NCBI GenBank assembly: GCA_964633195.1
Contig: CAZWFL010000003.1
Location: 1,650 to 65,649 of the forward strand
Length of the DNA stretch: 64,000 nt
Direction of reading: 5' to 3'
Origin: an uncultured Rikenellaceae bacterium
Lineage (GTDB): Bacteria; Bacteroidota; Bacteroidia; Bacteroidales; VadinHA17
Each line of letters opens with the position of its first letter. Position 1 is the stretch's first letter. Under the pieces are notes generated by a model, which was given only the letters and a program-made list of their open reading frames with translations, did not search any database and was not told the DNA's origin. A program made the translations under genes and the position numbers. Shown here one piece after another: positions 48,062 to 57,500 of this stretch.

Positions 48062-48910
48062 TTAAATGGTTGCAAGAAATATTTTTTCCGTCACTGCAGG
48101 CAGTGCCCCTTTTTCATTTGCCCTTCTGAAGAGCTCAGATACCGCCCTTCTTCCCTGGTCACCCAGGTTAAGTGTAAACTCGTTAACAAACAGTTTGATA
48201 TGACTGTTGATAACGGAAGATTCCGTTTCCCTGGCATGTGAAGTAACAAATTCGGATGATCCGGAATAATTATCAAGGGCATAAGTGATGCTCCTTCTGA
48301 TTATATTGTTGACTTTCAATGCTATATTATAAGGAATCCTTCTGTTTATCACTATTGATCCGAGGGGAACCGGAAGACCTGTAAGATCCTCCCACATCAT
48401 ACCAAGGTCACATATCTTATAAAGCCCGTAAGATCTGTAAGTGAACCTTGTTTCATGTATTATAAGGCCCCCGTCTGCCTCACCCCGCAGGATTACTCCG
48501 GGTATATCCGAAAACAGATATTCAGGTTTGTCGGTAATGTCGGGCCGGAAAATACTGAGCAGAAGGTTTGCCGTAGTATGCTTTCCCGGTATGGCAATAC
48601 GCAGATCCTTTTTTCCGGCCGGTAGCTTCTTTTCCCTGCTGACTATCAGGGGGCCATTACCGAAACCGAGGGCACTGCCTGAATCAAGAATCAGATAGTT
48701 GCCTGCGACAAGGGCATATACATGTGTGCTGATTTTAAGGATATCGGCGCCGGATGATATTGCTCTCCTGTTGAGATCCTCCACATCGCCAAGAAAAAAA
48801 TCAAATTCCAGCCCTTCGGTATTAATCCTGCCATGAACCATCGCATCAAAAATAAAAGTATCGTTGGGACATGGCGAGAATCCCAGTGTAAGTTTCATAT
48901 TCCTATTCAA
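48062..48910 (-). CDS. mqnD: 1,4-dihydroxy-6-naphthoate synthase (futalosine pathway)
   Basis: MKLTLGFSPCPNDTFIFDAMVHGRI is the characteristic MqnD N-terminus. 282 aa. Confidence 0.8.
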   Translation of the reverse strand: MNRNMKLTLGFSPCPNDTFIFDAMVHGRINTEGLEFDFFLGDVEDLNRRAISSGADILKISTHVYALVAGNYLILDSGSALGFGNGPLIVSREKKLPAGKKDLRIAIPGKHTTANLLLSIFRPDITDKPEYLFSDIPGVILRGEADGGLIIHETRFTYRSYGLYKICDLGMMWEDLTGLPVPLGSIVINRRIPYNIALKVNNIIRRSITYALDNYSGSSEFVTSHARETESSVINSHIKLFVNEFTLNLGDQGRRAVSELFRRANEKGALPAVTEKIFLATI

Positions 48911-49583
48911 GTTTTAAGAGGAGCTCCTTCAGCCCGGATGATAATTTATCAAGCGCGAGAGGGATATCCCATTTTTTAGGGTTTCGCGGCTCGACCTTAT
49001 TCGAAATTGCCCTGAGCGAAAGGAAAGGAATCTTCTCCATGGCGCAAATATAAAAAAAAGATGCGCCTTCCATGGTCTCAATATCAGGATTATATTTTTC
49101 CGAAAGACGTTTGATTGTAGCTTCAGTTCCCGTACCTGTATTTACCGTTATTGCTCTTACAGGTTTAAAATAATTTACGGCAGTGTCAGTAAACCTGTTG
49201 GCGGAAATGATCCAACCGGCGCTGAACGGGAACCGGTCGGGATCGCTGAGACCTGCTTCCGAGAGGGTAAGATAGCCATCAGGTGTCTCGACACCCAGGT
49301 CAGCAAAACAGTCGCAAACAGGCATAACCACATCTCCCGGTACTATATTATCACTGTAACTGCCTGCTATACCTGCATTCAGTGCCAGATCGGGTGGCGA
49401 ATGCATGCTTATCCATTGCTTCATTGCCCATGCGGTTGAGACAGATCCGACTCCGGCAACAAGCAACTGCACAATACAACCACCTATCCCGAATCCCTCC
49501 TTCAGATGAACAATCCCCTCAATATTTCTGACAGAATCCGCTTCATCTGAAGTGGCTGTGACAATCAATACTTTCAGGTCCAT
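48903..49583 (-). CDS. mqnB: Futalosine hydrolase (nucleosidase fold)
   Basis: From Met76 of the listed ORF: MDLKVLIVTATSDEA, VAGVGSVSTA, LNAGIAGS, ITVNTGTG, ETMEGASF, LRAISNKV. It overlaps mqnD by 8 nt. Confidence 0.78.
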   Translation of the reverse strand: MDLKVLIVTATSDEADSVRNIEGIVHLKEGFGIGGCIVQLLVAGVGSVSTAWAMKQWISMHSPPDLALNAGIAGSYSDNIVPGDVVMPVCDCFADLGVETPDGYLTLSEAGLSDPDRFPFSAGWIISANRFTDTAVNYFKPVRAITVNTGTGTEATIKRLSEKYNPDIETMEGASFFYICAMEKIPFLSLRAISNKVEPRNPKKWDIPLALDKLSSGLKELLLKLE

Positions 49584-49685
49584 TTTAACTCTCCTCCATG
49601 GTTGAAAGAAGAGCCTAAATATATTGTTTTTATGAATTAAAAAGTACAATTTTGCAGGCTGACAATAAATTAATACTCCGCCGGC

Positions 49686-50096
49686 ATGATATACCTGACA
49701 CGAAGAGAAAGATTCAGCGCGGCCCACAGGATGTACAGAGAAGAGTGGACGGATGACAGGAACATGGAAGTTTTCGGAAAATGTTCTAATCCGAACTGGC
49801 ATGGCCACAATTATATATTATTTGTTACGGTGAAAGGGGAGGTTTCGGAGGAAAAGGGTTTTGTAATGAACCTTGATACTCTTAAAGGAATAATAAAGGA
49901 GAGGGTCATAGAAAAGATAGATCACAAAAATATCAATCTTGAGGTTGATTTTATGCGGGGCAGGATTGCCACTACAGAAAATATTGCAATAGCGGTGTGG
50001 AATGAACTCAGGCCTCATATTGAGAAAGCAGGGGCTCAGCTGCATTGTGTAAGAATAGAGGAGACAGAGAATAATTCAATTGAATATTATGGTTAA
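49686..50096 (+). CDS. 6-pyruvoyl-/6-carboxy-tetrahydropterin synthase (PTPS/QueD family)
   Basis: RFSAAHRM and [11 protein letters not shown] (Cx5HGH spacing), then ...NLEVDF. 136 aa. Confidence 0.85.
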   Translation: MIYLTRRERFSAAHRMYREEWTDDRNMEVFGKCSNPNWHGHNYILFVTVKGEVSEEKGFVMNLDTLKGIIKERVIEKIDHKNINLEVDFMRGRIATTENIAIAVWNELRPHIEKAGAQLHCVRIEETENNSIEYYG

Positions 50097-50736
50097 AAGA
50101 ATCGAATCATTTACTAACGGAAACGGGAGTGTCACCAACGGATATAACAGAATTGAAACATGGAATGAGGAAGAGATTGAGGAACTCGCCTCAATATACT
50201 ACAAGGTACTGAAGCTTATTGGCGAGGATCCTGACCGGGAAGGACTCACAAAAACCCCTGTAAGGGTTGCAAAAGCGATATCCTTTCTTACCATGGGTTA
50301 CAACCAGAATCCCTGTCAGATAATCAATTCAGCAAAGTTCAGGGAAGAGTACAGGCAAATGGTTCTGGTGAAGGATATTGATATTTATTCGATGTGTGAA
50401 CATCACATGCTCCCCTTCTTCGGTAAAGCTCATGTTGCGTATATTCCCAACGGGTATATCACCGGACTCAGCAAAATTGCACGAGTAGTCGAAGCATTCA
50501 GCCGCAGGCTTCAGGTCCAGGAGAGGCTGACCACACAGATCAGGAACTGCATTCAGGAGTGCCTGAATCCGCTTGGTGTTGCAGTGGTGATAGAAGCACA
50601 GCACATGTGCATGCAGATAAGAGGTGTTCAGAAGCAGAACTCGGTCACCACAACATCTGCATTTACAGGTATTTTTCTCGATAATTTTCAGACACGCGAG
50701 GAATTCATGCATCTGATAGGCACAAAACTACATTAA
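50089..50736 (+). CDS. folE: GTP cyclohydrolase I
   Basis: [69 protein letters not shown]. The ATG at 50089 is preferred to the TTG at 50080. Confidence 0.93.
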   Translation: MVKRIESFTNGNGSVTNGYNRIETWNEEEIEELASIYYKVLKLIGEDPDREGLTKTPVRVAKAISFLTMGYNQNPCQIINSAKFREEYRQMVLVKDIDIYSMCEHHMLPFFGKAHVAYIPNGYITGLSKIARVVEAFSRRLQVQERLTTQIRNCIQECLNPLGVAVVIEAQHMCMQIRGVQKQNSVTTTSAFTGIFLDNFQTREEFMHLIGTKLH

Positions 50737-50747
50737 CAGACCCTGAC

Positions 50748-51632
50748 ATGAAAGCATATGTGTTTCCGGGCCAGGGAGCCCAGTTTCCCGGTATGGCGAA
50801 GGATCTTTATGATAATAATTCTCTTGCAAGAGATATGTTTGAGCAGGCCAACGGGTTGCTCGGATTCGGGATAACTGAAATAATGTTCTCAGGTACAGAT
50901 GAAGAGCTGAAACAGACGAAAGTGACCCAGCCGGCCATCTTTCTTCATTCGGTAATACTGGCAGCTGTGCTTGGAGAGAATTTCAGGCCTGATATGGTTG
51001 CAGGACATTCGCTGGGAGAATTCTCAGCACTTGTTGCCTCAGGGGCTCTTTCCTTCAGAGACGGACTTATGCTTGTAGCGAGACGGGCTGAAGCCATGCA
51101 GAAGGCATGTGAGGCAGGACCTTCCACAATGGCGGCCATAATAGGTATCGATGACAAAATTGTGGAGGAGGTCTGTTCAGTTATAGATGAGATTGTTGTG
51201 CCTGCCAACTATAACAGTCCGGGGCAGATAGTGATATCGGGGTCATTTGAGGGAATAGACAAAGCTGTTGAGCTCCTTAAGGCAAAAGGTGCCAAAAGGG
51301 CTCTCAGGCTTCAGGTAAGCGGAGCTTTCCACTCACCTCTGATGGAGCCTGCCCGCGCAGAACTCGAAGAGGCAATCAGATCGGCACCCTTTGGAAGCCC
51401 CGTCTGTCCGGTCTATCAGAATGTCAGTGCACTGCCATCAACCGACCCGCAGACCATTAAGTCGAGTCTTGTTGCCCAGCTGACCTCGCCGGTTAAATGG
51501 ACAGACACAATAAGGAATATGATAGCTGATGGTGCTGATAAATTCATTGAGACAGGCCCCGGCTCCGTTCTGCAGGGACTTGTGAAAAAGATCAGCTGCG
51601 ACGTAACGACGGGGAGTGCCCTGGTTTCATAA
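50748..51632 (+). CDS. fabD: Malonyl-CoA:ACP transacylase
   Basis: FPGQGAQ, GHSLGEFSAL, VSGAFHSPLM. Confidence 0.93.
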   Translation: MKAYVFPGQGAQFPGMAKDLYDNNSLARDMFEQANGLLGFGITEIMFSGTDEELKQTKVTQPAIFLHSVILAAVLGENFRPDMVAGHSLGEFSALVASGALSFRDGLMLVARRAEAMQKACEAGPSTMAAIIGIDDKIVEEVCSVIDEIVVPANYNSPGQIVISGSFEGIDKAVELLKAKGAKRALRLQVSGAFHSPLMEPARAELEEAIRSAPFGSPVCPVYQNVSALPSTDPQTIKSSLVAQLTSPVKWTDTIRNMIADGADKFIETGPGSVLQGLVKKISCDVTTGSALVS

Positions 51633-54588
51633 CAACTCCCTTGTGTTTTCTTCCGTCTATCAGTATCTCGAGGGGCTCTTCAAAATGCAGATGCCTGAGA
51701 TATCTGTCCTCGGAAACAACCTTAAGACCATTCAAAAAATCAACATCATAGTACCCTTCACCGATAAAGGGATTTATTGTAAAGTATCCTACCCTGAATG
51801 AGGTGAGATTCTGAAAAAAATGGGTCCCCTGACTGGGGTCTATCCTGTAGTTCTTCAGCCCGGATTCTATTATAAGTCTCGATGCTGAAATCTGCGGCCA
51901 TTTGACCGGTATCCCGAGCCACGGATCCGAGGAGCCCCATCTGCCCGGACCTATAAGAATATATCCTTTGCCATTCTTAACAAACTGACTGTTAATCTTT
52001 TCAATTTCAGAGGCAATTTCCTTGTTGCGTGCAGGATTGAAAGACTCAGGTTTAATGTAAATCAGATCCTTTATCTCCTTCAGGACCCCGTTCCCCAGGG
52101 CCGATTCAGAATAGATTATCGTCTGTTCAGGCTTTACATTGTCGAGGTTGATATAGTACGATTCATCTGTCTGAACAATAGGCCTTACCTGGAGGAAATA
52201 AAAGATTTTCGGTGTTCCTGCCGGGGTCTCGAGGTTAACGGCAAATTCAATCTCGACAGGGTTGTTCATCTCTTTCTGACACAGCTCCAGGATCGCTGAC
52301 AGTATGTCGGATAGGGGAAAGAGCTTGTGCTGAAGTACATTGGAAAACGTGATCACTCTCTGGCCAGAGTGGCTTATCCCGTCTCTAAGGATATTGTTAT
52401 TGTAGTCGTAAGTTGAAGCAATAAATTTCATGGCACCATCGTTGTTGGCATCATTGATATCGATCTTTCTGATATTCACGCCATCGTCGGTGGAGGGAAC
52501 AAAACTTTCCACATTCATATCGAGAGCCCTGAACTCCTTCTGTGTATCTCTCAGTGCAGCCTCGGGAGAAGAGAGCTGAAGTATCTTTCTTGCATGTTTC
52601 GGAGAGAACCTGAGAGAGAGCCCTCCCTCAACTATCAGTTTTCCAAGACCGAAAGCTATGTTTGCTATGCCGTCTTCTGCCTTCTCCGAACCAATGGGAT
52701 AATAGTTGAGTGATCTGGCCACTCCGGAGAAGGTAGGATAATAGATATCACCATGTCTGCTGCCACAAACCTCCTGTAATATAATACCCATCTTTTCTTC
52801 GTCAATTACATTGGCTGTCGCAGTCATATATGCCTTGCTGCCGCGGTAGTAAACCGAGGCATACACCTCCTTTATGGCATCGGAGATGAGGGTAACCATC
52901 ATCTTATTGTCGGATACCCTCGGGATCATATATGTCGAATAGATACCGGCAAAAGGCTGGTAGCGGGAGTCTTCAAGCTTACTGGAAGATCTGACCGCAA
53001 TTGGATGGTTTCTCGAAACCGAGAGGAAGGTATAGAAATCCTGGTAAACCCTGCCCGGAAGTTCAGCACTTATAAACCTGTTCAGGATCTCCTCGTCGGG
53101 CAGGTCAGAAAGCGCTACGGCATAAAGGTTATTATGATCCATGAACTCATCGAAGATATCCGTGCCCAGAACGACCGTTCTGGGCACCGTTATCAAAACA
53201 TCAGGGTACTTATTAAACAGCTTGTTGTCTTTTATCAGCCTGTTTATAAATGCAAGTCCCCGGGCCTTCCCGCCTATTGACCCCTCGCCGATTCGCGAAA
53301 AGACCTGATACTCATCATAACTCGTCTTGTCGAACTTGGCTATCACTCCCCTGCCCTTGCCAAGCCTGAAGCTGGATATCGCAACGTAAAGAAAACGCCT
53401 CAGCTCATCCATCGTCTCGAAATCCTCTTTCCTGAGGTATTTGAAAAGCTGGGCGACAGGAAAAAGAGCCCTTGCATTGAGCCATTTGGAGAAGTGGTTT
53501 CGCGTGGCGTGGTATTCAAGTGTTTTATCAGGAATGGTCAGCAGCTTCTGCTGAAGGCTCTGCAGATCAGTGGCAATGGCTATTGGCTCCATCGTGTCGG
53601 GGTTCTTAAAGACGAAGGGCCCGAAAGCCAGATTCTGGATGATGAAATTCCTCAGCTCAAGAGAGAGCGACTTCGAGTATTTATTTATGAAACCCGCTCC
53701 AAGCTCCTCTGCCATCTTTTTGTGTGCCGTACTGGACGACTGCAGGAGAAAAGGCACATTATCATCATCTTCAAGCACAACCTTGCATAACTCTATACCG
53801 GCATTCTCATCAACAAGATTATTCCTTTTATAGCTTATGTCTGAAATTACCCCAAGAACATTATACTTGTATTTATCATATAGGGCAAGTGCATCATTGA
53901 AATTAGTGGCCAGCAGGATTTTGGGCCTCCCCCTCATCTTAAGCATCCGCTGATGCTCATTGAGAGCCTCCCTCTGAAAATCAAGAGACTGCTGAAGTAC
54001 TATCCTGTAAAGATTCGGAAGGTATGATGAGATATATCTTATTGAATTTTCCACAAGAATGATTGCCTGAACGCCTATTCTTTCTATATCGTGTTCGGCA
54101 TTCATCCTGTCCTCAAGCAGCTTGATGATGGCCAGGATAAGCGATGCATCTCCGAGCCAGCAGAACACATAGTCAATGGCGCTCAGGTCCTCCCCTTCAA
54201 GCCGTAACGACACTTCCCGCGAAAAATATGTGAGCACTACGATGGGAATCTTCCTGTAACTGGCCTTGATCCTTTTGGCAAGAGCGAATACATCTGTTCC
54301 CCTGAGGCTCAGCATTGAGATCACAAGATCGATATTACCCTCCTCAAGAATCCCGAATGCATCTTCGGCATTGTCAGTCTGTATGAAGGAGGGAGGATAT
54401 TTCAGATTAAGAGATACATATTCGTTGAAAATCTGCTCATCAATCCGCCCATCCTCTTCAAGCATGTAACTATCATAATTACTGCATATTACGAGCACCC
54501 GGTGTATCCTCTTCTGCATGAGAAGATCGAATGAAGTGTCGGTAAAATCATATTTCTGCAGATCCAGTATTCCGTTAATAATTGTCAT
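51592..54588 (-). CDS. Pseudo-receiver + receiver + PPDK_N (PEP/pyruvate-binding ATP-grasp) + conserved C-terminal module; paralog B (998 aa)
   Basis: REC1 is degenerate (IDLVISM92). REC2 has an Asp (VLGVISD250). ATP-grasp motifs GGKARGL, AVRSSSKLEDS..PFAGIYSTY, MGIILQEV, GLGKLIVEG, EIEFAV...FLQVRP. C-terminal LIGPGRWGSSDPWLGIPVKWPQIS...SQGTHFFQN. Confidence 0.8.
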   Translation of the reverse strand: MTIINGILDLQKYDFTDTSFDLLMQKRIHRVLVICSNYDSYMLEEDGRIDEQIFNEYVSLNLKYPPSFIQTDNAEDAFGILEEGNIDLVISMLSLRGTDVFALAKRIKASYRKIPIVVLTYFSREVSLRLEGEDLSAIDYVFCWLGDASLILAIIKLLEDRMNAEHDIERIGVQAIILVENSIRYISSYLPNLYRIVLQQSLDFQREALNEHQRMLKMRGRPKILLATNFNDALALYDKYKYNVLGVISDISYKRNNLVDENAGIELCKVVLEDDDNVPFLLQSSSTAHKKMAEELGAGFINKYSKSLSLELRNFIIQNLAFGPFVFKNPDTMEPIAIATDLQSLQQKLLTIPDKTLEYHATRNHFSKWLNARALFPVAQLFKYLRKEDFETMDELRRFLYVAISSFRLGKGRGVIAKFDKTSYDEYQVFSRIGEGSIGGKARGLAFINRLIKDNKLFNKYPDVLITVPRTVVLGTDIFDEFMDHNNLYAVALSDLPDEEILNRFISAELPGRVYQDFYTFLSVSRNHPIAVRSSSKLEDSRYQPFAGIYSTYMIPRVSDNKMMVTLISDAIKEVYASVYYRGSKAYMTATANVIDEEKMGIILQEVCGSRHGDIYYPTFSGVARSLNYYPIGSEKAEDGIANIAFGLGKLIVEGGLSLRFSPKHARKILQLSSPEAALRDTQKEFRALDMNVESFVPSTDDGVNIRKIDINDANNDGAMKFIASTYDYNNNILRDGISHSGQRVITFSNVLQHKLFPLSDILSAILELCQKEMNNPVEIEFAVNLETPAGTPKIFYFLQVRPIVQTDESYYINLDNVKPEQTIIYSESALGNGVLKEIKDLIYIKPESFNPARNKEIASEIEKINSQFVKNGKGYILIGPGRWGSSDPWLGIPVKWPQISASRLIIESGLKNYRIDPSQGTHFFQNLTSFRVGYFTINPFIGEGYYDVDFLNGLKVVSEDRYLRHLHFEEPLEILIDGRKHKGVVMKPGHSPSLRRS

Positions 54589-57500
54589 CCGTCAGCTTTT
54601 TGTTGATTCGTTGATATTACTGCTATACCTTTCCTTCCGTCCATCTTTATAAGCAGAGGATTTTCAAATTGCACACGGTGGAAGTATTTTCTCTTTTCCA
54701 GTACCGGTGTATTTCTCATCTTCTCCCACTCTATTCTGCATGAGGGGGAATCCTGGTTTACGGAAAAGTATCCGACATTCATCGAAGTAACATTATGGAA
54801 GAAGTGGGATCCGAGAGATGCGTCTATATGAAAATCGGGAAGGCTCACTTCCACAATCACTTTTGCATTTGAGATCTGCGGCCACACAACCGGTATTCCG
54901 ATGTACTTATCTTTCGTCCCCCATCGGCCCGGGCCTATAAGAACATATTTGCGGTTCTCCCTGACCATTTCCTCGTTTATCTTTTCTATCTCTGCCGCCA
55001 TGACTTCTGTCTGAAGCCTGTTGAATTTATCAGGGTGCAGGTAAATAATATCTCTTATGTCATCAATGATCCCGTTACCCATACTCCTGTCTGAGAGGAG
55101 CAACAGGTCACTTTCGGTAATTGTTACGGGGTCGATAGAATAGCCTGCACCCATTCCCACAAGAGGTTTGATCTGGAGCAGATAGAATGAGGCATTCCCT
55201 TTCTCATCCCTGTTCAGATCGACGGCAAACTCAATCTCCACGGTGGTACCGCAGGCTTCCGTAACCACCTCAAGAACAGTCTTGATAGTTGACGCCAATG
55301 GTATGTAATTATATTTGAGGATATCCGCGAAGTTAACTATCCTGGGTCCCGGGTAATCGAGGCCCGGTACAATAGTATCGTTATCTGTATGGAATACTGA
55401 TGCGCAATGTCTGAGGGTACCATGCTCTTCGGCAACGCTTATATCGAGGGTGACAAGGCCTGCATTCTCCCCTTCCAGAAGGTTCAGGTTTCCCTTTGCC
55501 ATATCTACTGCATAGAACTTCACCTGAGAGTTTTTATACAGATCATCTTTAGTAATCATTTCCAGGTCGGGATAAGCCGGGGAAAACCTGTATGCCTTTT
55601 CGCCCTCCATAACGTACTGGCCCAGTCCGAGTGCCATTACCGCAAATCCGTCGTGAGGTTTCATGTGTGCAACCGGGTAGAAGTTAAACGATTGAGCAGT
55701 ACCGCTTATATGCGGGTAAAAAGCATTGTCAAATCTGTTACCTGCCACTTCCTGGATTACCACGGCCATCTTCTCCTGTTCAATTGTGTATGATATGGCG
55801 TCAAAATAGGCTCGTGCACTCTTTGAGTATATCGAGGCAAAAACGAGCTTAATGGCATCCGTAACCTGTTTGAGCCTTATTTCGGTCTCAGGATGATTAT
55901 TAGGGAGAAGATATGTATCAAATATCCCGGAGAATGGTTGAGTGAGTGAATCTTCAAAGAGGCTCGATGATCTTACAGCCAGCGGTTTGTTTATCAGCCT
56001 GAGAAAAATCCTCAGATGCTTCTCCAGAGTATAGCTCAGGCTGCCCTTTATAAAAAGCTTCCGGAGCTGGTCATGATCTTTCTCCTCTCCGATCTTTTCC
56101 CAGAGATGATTGCGCTCCATAAAAAGGTCAAACTCATCGGTGCCTATGATAGCCGTTACAGGAGTCTTTATATTGATACCCGGCAAAAGACGGCCCAGTT
56201 CAAAGCTGTAAATAAGGGTGTTGATAAAAGAGAGCCCCCTCCCCTTTCCTCCCAGCGATCCGGATGATAGGCTCACGACATTCGTCTCATCAATAACCGC
56301 CGACTCTTCAAAATTTATGACCCTCCCCTTGTTCATCTCCCTGCGTCTCCGGCGTATAATATCAATAAGATACTCCCTGAGCTCCTTAAGGTCTTTGAAA
56401 TCGCTAACCTTCACGGGATTAATCATTTTAGCGATCTTTGCCTCTCCGCGAGCCATAAGCCAGAGTGAGAAATGGTTTTTCATTGCATGATATGCAAGCG
56501 AATCTTCAGGAACCGACTCAAGGTAATTCTCAAACTCCTTCATCGATTTAGCCACCGCAATCTCCCTGCCCTGATTATCTCTGTACACAAAATGTCCAAA
56601 ACCCAGATAATAGTTGATGAACGTTTTGATATCACGTAGCAGACTCTCAGAATTCTTGTTAATAAAATTTGATTTCAGGTCAAAGGCATATTGTGCATTC
56701 TCCGGATCTGACGACTGGAGCACCGTCGGAAGGTTAGGCAGGACTTCCCTGACATGCCTCAGGAGGTTATATCCGGCCAAATCGTCAAGAAGACCATTCC
56801 GGGGAAATCGCATGTCGGATATTACGCAAAGAAGGTTCTCCCTGTACCTGTTCATTGCATTAAGTGCGTCCTCGTATGTTGAAGCAAGAATTATTTTGGG
56901 CCTGGCCCTCAGCTTTAATACCTTGTAGAGTTCGTCCGTTGAAACATCTTCAATAAGATTTTTTGTCTGCTCAAGTACAAGGGTATACAGCATGGGAAGG
57001 TACCTCGAATAGAAATCGGCTGAATCCTCAACAATCAGTATTACCCCTGTCAGTCCTTTCCTCGTATCATTATCAACATTAACTCTGTCCTCAAGAAGGT
57101 TCACCATCGCAAAGAAGACTTTAGACTCACCTGTCCACACGAAATAATTATCGAACGGGACACCTGCTGATTTCTGTTTTTGTACGTATCCGAGGTCACC
57201 GGGATTGTAAAGGAGCAGGTATGTTGGTATATATGGATATTTATGTTTTATTTTTCTGCATAGTCTCATAGGACCGGCTTTATCGACTCCGATCATGATG
57301 ATAATCATATCGTAATGCCTCGATTTCAGCCTGTTAAATGCCTCATCCTCGCCTGAGACACCTGTTACGCGAGGCAATGTGGAGAGGCTCAGATGATAAT
57401 ATTCACCCAGAATATGGTCGGAAAATCTTCCTTCCCCTTCTATTGAATATGCGTCGTAGAGGTTAGCTACAAGCAGAATCTCCTTTACTTTAAAGGGCTG

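Noticed and set aside
49584-49808. 75-aa N-terminal extension of the futalosine hydrolase ORF
   Set aside because: The extension has no homolog-like sequence and overlaps the divergent PTPS gene start. The family-typical N-terminus MDLKVLIVTATS begins at 49583.
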